This document shows, in pieces, positions 11,508 to 20,768 of a DNA stretch of 32,000 nucleotides. The notes under the pieces were generated by a model. It had not been told where the DNA came from and did not search any database. It saw nothing but the letters and a program-made list of their open reading frames with translations. Position 1 is the first letter of the stretch. Each line of letters opens with the position of its first letter. Source of the DNA: Actinobacillus genomosp. 1. Lineage in GTDB: Bacteria > Pseudomonadota > Gammaproteobacteria > Enterobacterales > Pasteurellaceae. The stretch is from positions 1,780,576 to 1,812,575 of the forward strand of contig NZ_CP103834.1 of assembly GCF_029774175.1 (NCBI RefSeq), read 5' to 3'. The translations under genes and the position numbers were made by a program.

Positions 11508-11541
11508 TTATTCATTTTTTTAATTAGTTTGGAGTGATTTT

Positions 11542-13197
11542 ATGTACTGCGTTCAATGTGAACAAACCATGGTAACCCCGATGGGGAACGGTTGTAGTTT
11601 CGGTCAAGGTATGTGTGGTAAAACGGCGGAAACCTCAGATTTACAAGACTTATTAATCGCCTGCTTACACAGCCTTTCCGCGTGGGCGTTAAAAGCACGT
11701 GAACACGGCATTATCAACCACGATGCGGATAACTTCGCCCCTCGAGCATTCTTCGCCACTTTAACCAACGTAAACTTCGATTCGAACCGTATCGTTGGCT
11801 ATGCGCAACAAGCATTGGTTTACCGTAATCAACTGATTGCCGAAATTGCTAAAGTTGAAGCAAATCCACAAATTGACCACCCATTAGCGCATATTGAACT
11901 CAAAGGTATTTCGATTGATCAACTTGCCGAACAAGCCAAAGAATTTGCATTAGATACTGATCGTGCGGAAATCGGTGAAGAAGTTCACGGCGTGCGTTTA
12001 TTAGCCCTTTACGGCTTAAAAGGTGCGGCGGCTTATTTAGAACACGCTTATGTGTTAGGCAAATTCGATAACGATTTATATGTGGAATACCACGGCTTTA
12101 TGTCTTGGTTAGGTACAAAACCAAGCGATTTAAACGAATTACTTGAAAAATCGCTCGCTATCGGTTCAATGAACTTTAAAGTGATGGCAATGTTAGATGC
12201 CGGCGAAACCGAAACCTTCGGTAATCCTGTGCCGGCAACGGTTAATATCCGTCCGGTGAAAGGCAAATGCATTCTGATTTCAGGCCACGATTTAAAAGAT
12301 TTAAAAGAATTATTAGAACAAACTGAAGGCAAAGGCATTAATGTTTACACCCACGGTGAAATGCTACCAGCACACGGCTATCCGGAACTGAAAAAATACA
12401 AACATTTAGTCGGTAACTATGGTTCAGGCTGGCAGAATCAACAAAAAGAATTTGCACGCTTCCCGGGGGCGATCGTGATGACTTCAAACTGTTTAATCGA
12501 TCCGAATGTGGGCGATTATGCCGATCGTATCTTCACTTGTAACATCGTGGGCTGGCCGGGCGTGGTGCATTTAGAAAAACACAACTTTGCACCGGTTATC
12601 GAAAAAGCGTTGGAATGTGACGGCTTCCCATATACCGAATTAGAACACTACATCACTGTCGGTTTCGGTCGTAAAACCTTAATCGACGCATCTGATGCGG
12701 TGATTGATTTAGTCAAAGCAGGCAAATTAAGCCACGTATTCGTGATCGGCGGTTGTGACGGCGATAAAGAAGAACGCCACTACTACACGGATTTAGCCTA
12801 TGCGTTACCGAAAGATACTGCAGTGCTTACGCTTGGTTGCGGTAAATATCGTTTCAACAAATTGGATTTCGGGACAATTGACGGCGGCTTACCTCGCTTA
12901 CTAGACGCAGGTCAATGTAACGACACCTATTCAGCGATTATGTTAGCGGTAACGCTTTCGCAGAAATTAGGAATTGGCTTAAACGAATTGCCACTTTCGA
13001 TTGTGCTTTCTTGGTTCGAACAAAAAGCGATTATCGTGTTATTAACGCTGTTAGCGCTTGGCGTGAAAAATGTTTATTCAGGCCCAAGCAAACCGGCGTT
13101 CTTAAACGAAAACGTGATGAATTTATTACACGAAAAATTCGGTTTAAGCGGTTTAACCACTCCAGAGCAAGATTTCGGTCATATCATCAATAAATAA
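11542..13197 (+). CDS. hcp: Hybrid-cluster protein (hydroxylamine/NO reductase)
   Basis: 551 aa. The N-terminus MYCVQCEQT...[25 protein letters not shown] is nearly identical to E. coli Hcp (Cys-x2-Cys-x11-Cys-x6-Cys motif). GGAG RBS lies 7 nt upstream. Confidence 0.95.
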   Translation: MYCVQCEQTMVTPMGNGCSFGQGMCGKTAETSDLQDLLIACLHSLSAWALKAREHGIINHDADNFAPRAFFATLTNVNFDSNRIVGYAQQALVYRNQLIAEIAKVEANPQIDHPLAHIELKGISIDQLAEQAKEFALDTDRAEIGEEVHGVRLLALYGLKGAAAYLEHAYVLGKFDNDLYVEYHGFMSWLGTKPSDLNELLEKSLAIGSMNFKVMAMLDAGETETFGNPVPATVNIRPVKGKCILISGHDLKDLKELLEQTEGKGINVYTHGEMLPAHGYPELKKYKHLVGNYGSGWQNQQKEFARFPGAIVMTSNCLIDPNVGDYADRIFTCNIVGWPGVVHLEKHNFAPVIEKALECDGFPYTELEHYITVGFGRKTLIDASDAVIDLVKAGKLSHVFVIGGCDGDKEERHYYTDLAYALPKDTAVLTLGCGKYRFNKLDFGTIDGGLPRLLDAGQCNDTYSAIMLAVTLSQKLGIGLNELPLSIVLSWFEQKAIIVLLTLLALGVKNVYSGPSKPAFLNENVMNLLHEKFGLSGLTTPEQDFGHIINK

Positions 13198-13213
13198 TCG
13201 GCTAATTAAAAAG

Positions 13214-13265
13214 AGCGGTCAAATTTCACAAAATTTTTGCAAATTTCTCAGCAATTTTGACCGCT
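13214..13265. repeat. Inverted USS-derived repeat in the hcp-hcr spacer
   Basis: agcggtcaaa (13214-13223) and tttgaccgct (13256-13265) form a perfect 10-bp inverted repeat separated by 32 nt. The right arm belongs to a perfect USS (13260-13268). No T tail follows. Confidence 0.7.
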
Positions 13266-13268
13266 TGT
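13260..13268 (-). repeat. Uptake signal sequence core (ACAAGCGGT)
   Basis: Perfect 9-mer accgcttgt between hcp and hcr. Confidence 0.8.
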
Positions 13269-13318
13269 TGAATGTAAGAACACATTGCGTCCCTACATAT
13301 ATCGAAAGGAACAACAAA

Positions 13319-14338
13319 ATGGCAAATACCAATAAAAACCCTTTATGTATTAATGAATTACAGGTGTATTCAATCGTACAAGAAGCGCCAAATGTCAAAA
13401 CGATTAACTTTATCGCACAGGATTTCTACCCGTACCAAGCGGGGCAATATGCGTTAGTCAGCATTAAAAACACACCGCATATTACCCGTGCTTACTCACT
13501 GTCTTCTACCCCGGGCGAAAGCCGTTTCGTGTCGATTACCGTGCGTGAAATTGAAGGTGGAGTCGGTTCGACTTGGCTCAACAATAACGTGAAAGTCGGT
13601 GACCAAGTGTGGTTCTCGAATCCAATGGGCGAGTTTTCTTGCCAACAGGTGTTAGCGAATAATTATTTATTAGTCGGTGCGGGTAGCGGCGTGACGCCAA
13701 TTATGTCGATGGCTCGTTGGTTATTAGCAAATCGTCCGGAAGTGAATTTAACCGTTATCCATTCGGTACACTCGCCGGAAGATGTGATTTTCAAAGCGGA
13801 ATGGCAAGAGCTACAAGCTAAATATCCGAAACTCAACTTAGTAATTAACGCTTCGGTCGGAGCAACAGAGGGCTTTGCAAGCGGTCGAATTTCGGCAGAA
13901 ATTATCAAAAATGTAGTGCCGAATGTGAGCGATTACACTGTGATGACCTGCGGCCCTGAAGCCTATATGACGGCGTTAAAAAATATCGTGCTTGAATTAG
14001 GCGTAAGCGAAGATCGATTCTTTACCGAAGCTTTCTTTAATACTGCCTTAGCCGGTGAAATCAGTTCGGATAAGAAAACCACCTTAACCATCAACGGTGC
14101 AAAACAAATCACTGCAGAAGTGCCGGTTGGTATGACCCTATTAGCCGCATTAGAAGCACAAGAACAACCGGTGGTTTCCGGCTGTCGCACCGGTTTATGC
14201 GGTTTATGTAAAACCAAAGTGACTGGAGGGGAATATGAAGTGGTACACACCGGCGATTTAACCGAAGAAGAAATTGCACAAGGCTATGTGCTAGCGTGTA
14301 GTTGCCGCGTCAAAGAAAACGTCTCGGTTTCTTTATAA
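13319..14338 (+). CDS. hcr: NADH oxidoreductase for Hcp (FNR-like FAD/NAD domain plus C-terminal 2Fe-2S ferredoxin domain)
   Basis: RAYSLSS (RxYS flavin motif), GAGSGVTP (NAD-binding glycine motif), and C-terminal CRTGLCGLCKTKV...ACSC (plant-type 2Fe-2S cysteines). I prefer the ATG at 13319 (AAGGA 8 nt upstream) over the TTG at 13265 in the ORF track. Confidence 0.88.
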   Translation: MANTNKNPLCINELQVYSIVQEAPNVKTINFIAQDFYPYQAGQYALVSIKNTPHITRAYSLSSTPGESRFVSITVREIEGGVGSTWLNNNVKVGDQVWFSNPMGEFSCQQVLANNYLLVGAGSGVTPIMSMARWLLANRPEVNLTVIHSVHSPEDVIFKAEWQELQAKYPKLNLVINASVGATEGFASGRISAEIIKNVVPNVSDYTVMTCGPEAYMTALKNIVLELGVSEDRFFTEAFFNTALAGEISSDKKTTLTINGAKQITAEVPVGMTLLAALEAQEQPVVSGCRTGLCGLCKTKVTGGEYEVVHTGDLTEEEIAQGYVLACSCRVKENVSVSL

Positions 14339-14351
14339 GTTTTATTAACAA

Positions 14352-14380
14352 AAAACCTCAAAGGACATCTTTGAGGTTTT
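14352..14380. terminator. Bidirectional rho-independent terminator between convergent hcr and wzxE
   Basis: aaaacctcaaag-gacat-ctttgaggtttt forms a 12-bp stem with A-run/T-run tails on both strands. It overlaps the wzxE stop codon. Confidence 0.75.
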
Positions 14381-15627
14381 TATGTTCTAAGATAGTAACG
14401 AAAAGCTAATAAACAGACGAAGAAATAACAACAATAGGTCAATAAATAGGTCTGCACCGCCCCTTCCGCACCATTTAACGGAATCAACCAATGTCCTATC
14501 GTAACCAATAACGTTAATTGGCAAATTTCCGCCAACACATACAGTTTTAACGAGGCTTTGGCAATAGCCAAATAACCGAATACATAAGCAATCACTTTAA
14601 ATATATCGCCGATCAGCTGCCAGATAAATAACGATTCCATCGGTAAAAACTGTTCGGAATATAGGGTCAGAATAATTTCACGCTTTAAGCTAAATACCAG
14701 CAAACCGATACCGATTGCAGAAACTCCGACAAATTTAACCGCTTTGATTAATTCACATTTAATGTCGGATTTTTGAATTAATTTAGCGAAGGTCGGTAAT
14801 AGATATACTGAAAAGACGGCGGTAATGAGTTGTAAATACGCATCGGAAATTTTACTCACACCCTGCCATAAACCGACCGCTTCAATCGAATGAGATTCCA
14901 CTAATAAATCTCTAAGCAAAATATACGCAAGCGGTAAAGTGATTGCCGTGACTAACACCATCATACTAAATTTAAATAAGTTGCGTGCATATTGCCAATC
15001 AAAACCGGGTTCCCAAAAGTGAAAGACGTAGCCCCTCTGTTTTAAAAAATAGCGAGCGGGTAAACAAGCGAGTGCGGGCATCACGGCGAATCCGATTAAT
15101 GCGCCCGAATAACCGCAGAAGTACAATCCGCCTAAAAAAACGCTAATTGCCAACAATATCCCAACGCTCTGACTGACGGCATTGGCTCGGGCTTGTCGAT
15201 GTCCTCTCAAAATAGCCAGTAGATAATTACTGTTTGCAATGCCGAGTTGAATTATCCCGGTCGCTACGATAACCGGCTGATATTCTTTGGAATAAAAAAT
15301 CCATTCACTGATTTTTGCAGAAAATAGGATAAAAACGACCGCTAGTACGGCAGAAAAGCTCAGTACAATCCGACTCGCTGTCGCAAATAATACATATAAT
15401 TTTTGCGGTTCGTGCTCAAATTCCGCTACATATTTCGTCACACCGTTAAAAATGCCGCCACCGGCAAAAACGCCCAACACGGTAATCAACGTCATAAAAT
15501 TCGCCGCTTGTCCTAATCCTTCCAGCCCGAATTGCAAGGCAAACAGCTTAACCAGTATTAGGCTAATACCGATTTTAAAAGCCGTGGAACTTGCCGTCCA
15601 AACAGCGGTTTTACTCAGTGATCTCAT
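14380..15627 (-). CDS. wzxE: ECA lipid III flippase (Wzx family, polytopic membrane protein)
   Basis: 415 aa (E. coli WzxE 416 aa) and multi-TM. It follows wecE with an ATGA stop/start overlap, as expected for the wec operon order. Confidence 0.85.
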   Translation of the reverse strand: MRSLSKTAVWTASSTAFKIGISLILVKLFALQFGLEGLGQAANFMTLITVLGVFAGGGIFNGVTKYVAEFEHEPQKLYVLFATASRIVLSFSAVLAVVFILFSAKISEWIFYSKEYQPVIVATGIIQLGIANSNYLLAILRGHRQARANAVSQSVGILLAISVFLGGLYFCGYSGALIGFAVMPALACLPARYFLKQRGYVFHFWEPGFDWQYARNLFKFSMMVLVTAITLPLAYILLRDLLVESHSIEAVGLWQGVSKISDAYLQLITAVFSVYLLPTFAKLIQKSDIKCELIKAVKFVGVSAIGIGLLVFSLKREIILTLYSEQFLPMESLFIWQLIGDIFKVIAYVFGYLAIAKASLKLYVLAEICQLTLLVTIGHWLIPLNGAEGAVQTYLLTYCCYFFVCLLAFRYYLRT

Positions 15628-16760
15628 TGCGTAAGAAATTCCAATATAACGGGAATAATTCTATCTAATTCTTGCGGTTGTAAATTGTAGAATAAAGGTA
15701 AACGCACCAAGCGTTCGCTTTCCGAGGTGGTGAAACGATCTTCACCGACAAATCTGCCGTATTGCCGACCGGCGGGACTAGAGTGCAACGGCACGTAATG
15801 AAAGACTGCCAAAATTCCGTGTTGCTTTAACCAGTCGATAAACGCATTGCATTCACTCATATCCTGCCATTTCAGATAAAACAGATGTCCGTTTTGTTCA
15901 CATTCTGGTGGACAAGTCGGTAAGCTAACACGCCCTTGTTCGGCAAACGGACGTAAAACTTCAAAATAACGTTGCCAAATGGCTAAACGGGTTTGTTTAA
16001 TTTGTTGGGCCGCTTCCAGTTGAGTATATAAATAAGCGGCTTGTAATTCCGACATTAAAAAACTGGATCCGAGATCACGCCAAGTATATTTATCCGTTTC
16101 GCCGCGGAAGAACTGGCTACGGTTTGTGCCTTTTTCTCGGATCACTTCCGCTCGGGCAATAAATCGATCATCATTAATCAATAAAGCTCCGCCTTCTCCG
16201 CCGGCACTATAATTCTTAGTTTCATGAAAACTATAACAACCGAAATGTCCGATAGTGCCTAATGCTTTACCTTTGTAAAAAGACATTACCGCTTGTGCCG
16301 CATCTTCAATCACATACAATCGATACTTTTCGGCAATCGCCATAATTGTATCCATTTCACAGGCGATACCGGCGTAATGCACCGGCACAATCGCTTTAGT
16401 TTTTGCTGTAATTGCCGCCTCAATTTTCGTTTCATCAATATTCATCGTGTCCGAACGAATATCGACAAACACAATTTTTGCCCCACGCAACACAAAAGCA
16501 TTGGCGGTCGAAACGAAGGTATAGCTCGGCATAATCACTTCGTCACCGGCTTGAATATTGACTAACATCGCCGCCATCTCTAATGCTGCGGTACAAGAGG
16601 GCGTCAGCAATGCTTTTGCCGTACCGCATTGATTTTCCAGCCACTGCTCGCAACGTCGGCTATAAAAACCGTCACCGGATAATTTACTGCTTGCCATCGC
16701 TTGTTGCATATAAGCAAGCTCCGTACCGACAATCGGCGGTTTATTAAAAGGAATCTGCAT
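15624..16760 (-). CDS. wecE: dTDP-4-amino-4,6-dideoxygalactose transaminase (DegT/DnrJ/EryC1 family)
   Basis: 378 aa (E. coli WecE 376 aa). IPFNKP, TPSCTAALEMAA, PSYTFVSTANAF, SFHETKN (PLP lysine motif) and the YVPLHSSP region are typical of WecE/RffA. Confidence 0.92.
   Translation of the reverse strand: MQIPFNKPPIVGTELAYMQQAMASSKLSGDGFYSRRCEQWLENQCGTAKALLTPSCTAALEMAAMLVNIQAGDEVIMPSYTFVSTANAFVLRGAKIVFVDIRSDTMNIDETKIEAAITAKTKAIVPVHYAGIACEMDTIMAIAEKYRLYVIEDAAQAVMSFYKGKALGTIGHFGCYSFHETKNYSAGGEGGALLINDDRFIARAEVIREKGTNRSQFFRGETDKYTWRDLGSSFLMSELQAAYLYTQLEAAQQIKQTRLAIWQRYFEVLRPFAEQGRVSLPTCPPECEQNGHLFYLKWQDMSECNAFIDWLKQHGILAVFHYVPLHSSPAGRQYGRFVGEDRFTTSESERLVRLPLFYNLQPQELDRIIPVILEFLTQ
16288..16296 (-). 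repeat. Uptake signal sequence core (ACAAGCGGT)
   Basis: Perfect 9-mer accgcttgt inside wecE. Confidence 0.8.
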
Positions 16761-16763
16761 ACA

Positions 16764-17399
16764 TTATTTCCGATAGAACCAATAAGAAGTCGATAGCATT
16801 TTCGCCCCTTGTTTTAAATAGGCATTAATTGCTGGCAAATTACCGATTTGGGTCGCTACTAACAGAACCTCCGCCCCTTGCTGTTTCGCCCAATTTTGTG
16901 CCGCTTGTAACAATATAGTCGCGATCCCTTGTCGTTGGTAAACAGGCGATACCGCTAATAATCCGATTCGAGCCTGTTCACCGACTAAACGCAAACTAAT
17001 TCCACCTTGAATTTGACCGCTTGCCGTTTTTAAAACAAAGCAAAGTTGATCAAACTCTCCCCGTACCGCACGGGCAATCCAAGTACGGTAAAAACGTTGA
17101 TTTTCCGCTGCTGAAAACCAAGGTTCTCGAAAGCGACTTGTCGGAAAAGCTTGTCCGAATAGGGCTTCTAATTCGGCAATATTTTCAGTAGTTGCTACTT
17201 GGCAAGCGGTGGTTTTTTCTTGATATTCGGCAAGACTAAAGCAAAACTCAATTTCGCCTTCCACAAATTGAAAACCTTGAGTTTGCAAGTGTTGAATTTG
17301 CAAGTAATCTTGAGCGGCAACTTTCGCTTGTACAATCGGGCGACCAAAGAAATCCGATAGCCACGGATCCGGCAAATATTGCTTCATTATTTTATCCAT
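16764..17399 (-). CDS. wecD: dTDP-fucosamine acetyltransferase (GNAT)
   Basis: 211 aa with a GNAT core (VSPVYQRQGIATILLQAAQNWAKQQG). It lies between wecC and wecE. Start is ATG 17399 or ATG 17387, the latter overlapping the wecC stop as TAATG. Confidence 0.8.
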   Translation of the reverse strand: MDKIMKQYLPDPWLSDFFGRPIVQAKVAAQDYLQIQHLQTQGFQFVEGEIEFCFSLAEYQEKTTACQVATTENIAELEALFGQAFPTSRFREPWFSAAENQRFYRTWIARAVRGEFDQLCFVLKTASGQIQGGISLRLVGEQARIGLLAVSPVYQRQGIATILLQAAQNWAKQQGAEVLLVATQIGNLPAINAYLKQGAKMLSTSYWFYRK

Positions 17400-18655
17400 A
17401 TCCCTTTTGTATCAATTACCCACTGCTGCACAATACTATCGGACGAGATGTTTTTAAATGCCGAATGATCGACTAATAGCACGAAAATATCCGCCTGCTG
17501 ATTCGCTTGCTCAAACCCGACTAGCTCAACTTTTCCCATCAGAGATGGTGGCAATTCCTTAATATGCGGTTCCACCGCCAATATTTGTCCTAAATGCCAA
17601 TCGGCGAGATATTGAGTAATCTCCAGTGCCGGGCTGCCTCTTAAATCATCAATATCCGCTTTAAATGCCAAGCCTAAACAGGCAATCGTCACCTCATTCG
17701 GCGCACAATTTTTACTGGTTACGCAATCTGCCAGTAGTTGTTTTACTTTTTCGATAACCCATTGAGGTTTGCTATCGTTTACTTCTCGAGCAGTGCGAAT
17801 TAAACGGGCTTGTTCAGGCGTTTTTTCCACAATAAACCACGGATCGACCGCAATACAATGTCCGCCGACACCCGCCCCCGGTTGCAGGATATTGACACGC
17901 GGGTGACGATTTGCCAATCGGATCAGTTCCCACACATTTATATTGAGCTTATCGCAAATCATTGATAATTCGTTGGCAAACGCCAGATTTACATCACGGA
18001 AGCTGTTCTCGGTTAATTTGCACATTTCCGCCGTGCGAGCATCCGTAGCAATACATTCGCCTTTGACAAAAATTCGGTATAAATCGATCGCTTGTCGGGT
18101 TGATTCCGCGGTAAGTCCGCCAATAACCCGATCATTTTCAAATAATTCAATCATCACTCTGCCCGGTAGCACTCGTTCCGGACAATAAGCAATATAAATG
18201 TCAGAACTTTCCTCATATTTAGTGGGAAAACGCAGATCAGGACGAGCTTTTTGCAACCATTGAGCTAATTGTTCCGTAGTACCGACCGGCGAAGTCGATT
18301 CCAATACAATCAAATTTCCTTTGACTAAATACGGCGCAATCGCTTTCACCGCTTGTTCAATATAATGCAAATCGGGTTGGTGATGGTGTGAAAGGGGCGT
18401 TGGTACGGCAATAATAAACGCATCGGCAGGGGCGGGAGTTTGGGTTGCAAAAAGTAACCCGTTTTCCACCGCTTGTTTGACTGCATTCTCAAGTTGCGGC
18501 TCAACAATATGAATCCGACCTTGATTAATTTTTGCTACGACTTCGGAATTAATATCTACCCCTTGAACCGACTTACCTCGCTGTGCAAAAGCAACGGCTG
18601 TCGGTAAACCGATATAACCGAGTCCGATAATCGCAATTCGATTAAACATATTCAT
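17387..18655 (-). CDS. wecC: UDP-N-acetyl-D-mannosamine dehydrogenase
   Basis: 422 aa (E. coli WecC 420 aa). N-terminal Rossmann motif IAIIGLGYIGLPTAVAFA matches E. coli ISVIGLGYIGLPTAAAFA. GRIHIVEP and the GGHCI catalytic Cys motif are present. Confidence 0.93.
   Translation of the reverse strand: MNMFNRIAIIGLGYIGLPTAVAFAQRGKSVQGVDINSEVVAKINQGRIHIVEPQLENAVKQAVENGLLFATQTPAPADAFIIAVPTPLSHHHQPDLHYIEQAVKAIAPYLVKGNLIVLESTSPVGTTEQLAQWLQKARPDLRFPTKYEESSDIYIAYCPERVLPGRVMIELFENDRVIGGLTAESTRQAIDLYRIFVKGECIATDARTAEMCKLTENSFRDVNLAFANELSMICDKLNINVWELIRLANRHPRVNILQPGAGVGGHCIAVDPWFIVEKTPEQARLIRTAREVNDSKPQWVIEKVKQLLADCVTSKNCAPNEVTIACLGLAFKADIDDLRGSPALEITQYLADWHLGQILAVEPHIKELPPSLMGKVELVGFEQANQQADIFVLLVDHSAFKNISSDSIVQQWVIDTKGIWIK
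18348..18356 (-). repeat. Uptake signal sequence core (ACAAGCGGT)
   Basis: Perfect 9-mer accgcttgt inside wecC. Confidence 0.8.
18468..18476 (-). repeat. Uptake signal sequence core (ACAAGCGGT)
   Basis: Perfect 9-mer accgcttgt inside wecC. Confidence 0.8.
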
Positions 18656-18698
18656 CTGGTATTTTTCTCGTTTTACTTTATGCTGTCTGCCAGCAAAA

Positions 18699-18729
18699 CA
18701 GGCTTTGTCTTTTCTAAGTACAAAGCCTG
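18699..18729 (-). other. Intra-operon stem-loop between wecB and wecC
   Basis: caggctttgt-(11 nt)-acaaagcctg forms a perfect 10-bp stem. In minus-strand sense it is followed by ttttgctgg. It is the only sizeable gap (78 nt) inside the wecA-wzxE block. Confidence 0.4.
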
Positions 18730-18733
18730 CCGA

Positions 18734-19870
18734 CTAACTCAATACTTGTTTCAGTACATCAACAATATATCGGCAAGCATTATCTTGTTCATAAGGATTT
18801 TTAGCCTGCGCCATGGTTTGATAAACCTGCTGCTCGGTTAAAAGCAGTGTGACCTGTCGCACAATATTTTCAACCTCCGTACCGACTAAACGAACCGTAC
18901 CTGCCGTTATCGCTTCCGGACGTTCGGTAGTATTACGCATCACCAGCACCGGTTTATTTAATGCGGGGGCTTCTTCTTGAATACCACCGGAATCGGTCAA
19001 TATCAAATAGGCGCGTTTCATTAAATAGACAAACGACAAATATTCCTGCGGTTCGATTAAGAAAATATTTTCCACTCCGGAAAGTAAGCGGCTGACTGTT
19101 TTGCGGACGCAAGGGTTTAAATGCACCGGATAAACAATCTGTACGTCATTATGTTGCTTTGCAACGGTTGCTAATGCGGCGCAGATATGTTCCAACCCTT
19201 CGCCGAAACTTTCTCGACGATGTCCCGTCACCAAAATCAGCTTTTTCCGATCATCCAAATATTGATAATGTTGCTTAAGGCTTTCTATTAAACTTTGATC
19301 GTTTTGGATTCGAGCCGATACGCAATGTAACGCATCAATCACCGTATTACCCGTTACCCAAATCTTATCGGAGGCTTTATGTTCTTGTAATAAATTAAGG
19401 CGAGCTTGTTCGGTCGGAGCAAAATGATAATCGGCTAATACAGCGGTCAGACAACGATTAGCCTCTTCCGGAAACGGTGCATAGCGGTCACCGCTACGCA
19501 AGCCCGCTTCGATATGTCCGACCGGAATTTGATGATAATAACAAGCCAGTGCGGCGGCAAAAGTAGTGGTGGTATCACCGTGTACTAAAACAATATCCGG
19601 ACGATAGCGTGCGAACAGATCTTTCAGCGATTGTAAAATTCGTACGCTGATGTCGGTTAGATCTTGCCCGACTTGCATAATATTTAAATCAAAATCGGGC
19701 CGAATGGCAAAGAGGTTCAAGACTTGATCAAGCATTTCACGATGCTGACCGGTTACACAAACCTTTGCCTCAAAACCGGTATCCTCCGCTAACAGCTTTG
19801 CCAGCGGAGCCATCTTGATTGCTTCCGGTCGTGTACCGAATATGGTGAGAATTTTAATTTTTTTCGGCAT
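18734..19870 (-). CDS. wecB: UDP-N-acetylglucosamine 2-epimerase (non-hydrolysing)
   Basis: 378 aa (E. coli WecB 376 aa). [18 protein letters not shown] matches E. coli [31 protein letters not shown] and [10 protein letters not shown] motifs are present. Its start overlaps the wzzE end by 17 nt. Confidence 0.94.
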   Translation of the reverse strand: MPKKIKILTIFGTRPEAIKMAPLAKLLAEDTGFEAKVCVTGQHREMLDQVLNLFAIRPDFDLNIMQVGQDLTDISVRILQSLKDLFARYRPDIVLVHGDTTTTFAAALACYYHQIPVGHIEAGLRSGDRYAPFPEEANRCLTAVLADYHFAPTEQARLNLLQEHKASDKIWVTGNTVIDALHCVSARIQNDQSLIESLKQHYQYLDDRKKLILVTGHRRESFGEGLEHICAALATVAKQHNDVQIVYPVHLNPCVRKTVSRLLSGVENIFLIEPQEYLSFVYLMKRAYLILTDSGGIQEEAPALNKPVLVMRNTTERPEAITAGTVRLVGTEVENIVRQVTLLLTEQQVYQTMAQAKNPYEQDNACRYIVDVLKQVLS

Positions 19871-20732
19871 CTGTCGATTTTTTACGTAACAATCCCGTCA
19901 TTGAAACGATAATCATACCGAGCAATAAACCGCTTAATGCTCCAATCATCATCCATAACGATTGATTCGGGGAATCAGCCGCTAAAGGGACGCTTGGTGT
20001 TTTTACCAATCTAAATGCGGTTAATTGATCATCTAACGGCTGAACGGAACGCATTAAATTTAGCTTACCGTTCCAATCTTGAGTCGCAATTTGATTACCT
20101 TGCTGCGTTGCTCCGAGTTTAATCTCCGCCGCACTTTTAATTTGCTGAAAAAGATTTTTCCACTTGGCGACAAGTTCGGCATTTAAAGTCTGTTTCGTTT
20201 GCTGATTGGCAAAGGTAATAAAGTCACTTAATAACTTATGCGCTTCTTCCGGATTTTCAGAATTGACACTCAACCGATCAAAAGGCTGTGTTTTGCTCGC
20301 AGCTTGAAAAACAAACTGATCCGCTAAACGTTGCGCCGTTGTCGCTATCGGCTGATTCGCCAACTGTGCTTTCAGCTTAACCGTTTCCGTCTGTGCAAGA
20401 AATGCGACTAATACGTCCGGAGAGATTAAATTACGTTTAAATTCGTTATAGCTGCCTTGCGTGGCTAAATCCTCCGCTTTACGTCCCACTTCCGGCGCGA
20501 GAGAGAATGCACCTTTTTCATCCGAGATAACATGATAGCTCACACTATCTCCGCCGTTTAAAAAAGTATAAGTGGAAAAAAGCGTATAATAATTACCTAA
20601 TTCCAATACTTTCGGCGGTTCAAATTCGGCGGTCGCTTTCCATATCGGCGTTTGTAGCGAACTCAAGCCGAATCCGCCGGCAACCCCAATCACAATACAC
20701 AGTATCAAAGTGAATAAATAACGTAATAACAT
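19854..20732 (-). CDS. wzzE: ECA chain-length regulator (polysaccharide co-polymerase PCP-1)
   Basis: 292 aa with one TM at each end and a long, probably periplasmic, middle region with a proline-rich segment before the C-terminal TM ([12 protein letters not shown]). It lies between wecA and wecB. AGGA RBS is present. Shorter than E. coli WzzE. Confidence 0.75.
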   Translation of the reverse strand: MLLRYLFTLILCIVIGVAGGFGLSSLQTPIWKATAEFEPPKVLELGNYYTLFSTYTFLNGGDSVSYHVISDEKGAFSLAPEVGRKAEDLATQGSYNEFKRNLISPDVLVAFLAQTETVKLKAQLANQPIATTAQRLADQFVFQAASKTQPFDRLSVNSENPEEAHKLLSDFITFANQQTKQTLNAELVAKWKNLFQQIKSAAEIKLGATQQGNQIATQDWNGKLNLMRSVQPLDDQLTAFRLVKTPSVPLAADSPNQSLWMMIGALSGLLLGMIIVSMTGLLRKKSTDAEKN

Positions 20733-20768
20733 AAATAATCCTAAACTGTTTGAGTCGCAGTACTCAAT

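Noticed and set aside
11264-11541. Search for FNR, NsrR and NarL/NarP sites upstream of hcp
   Set aside because: Only half-matches were found (ttgcatttttcaaa 11425-11438; taccctа-like heptamer near 11385). That is not good enough to call by eye and needs matrix scanning.
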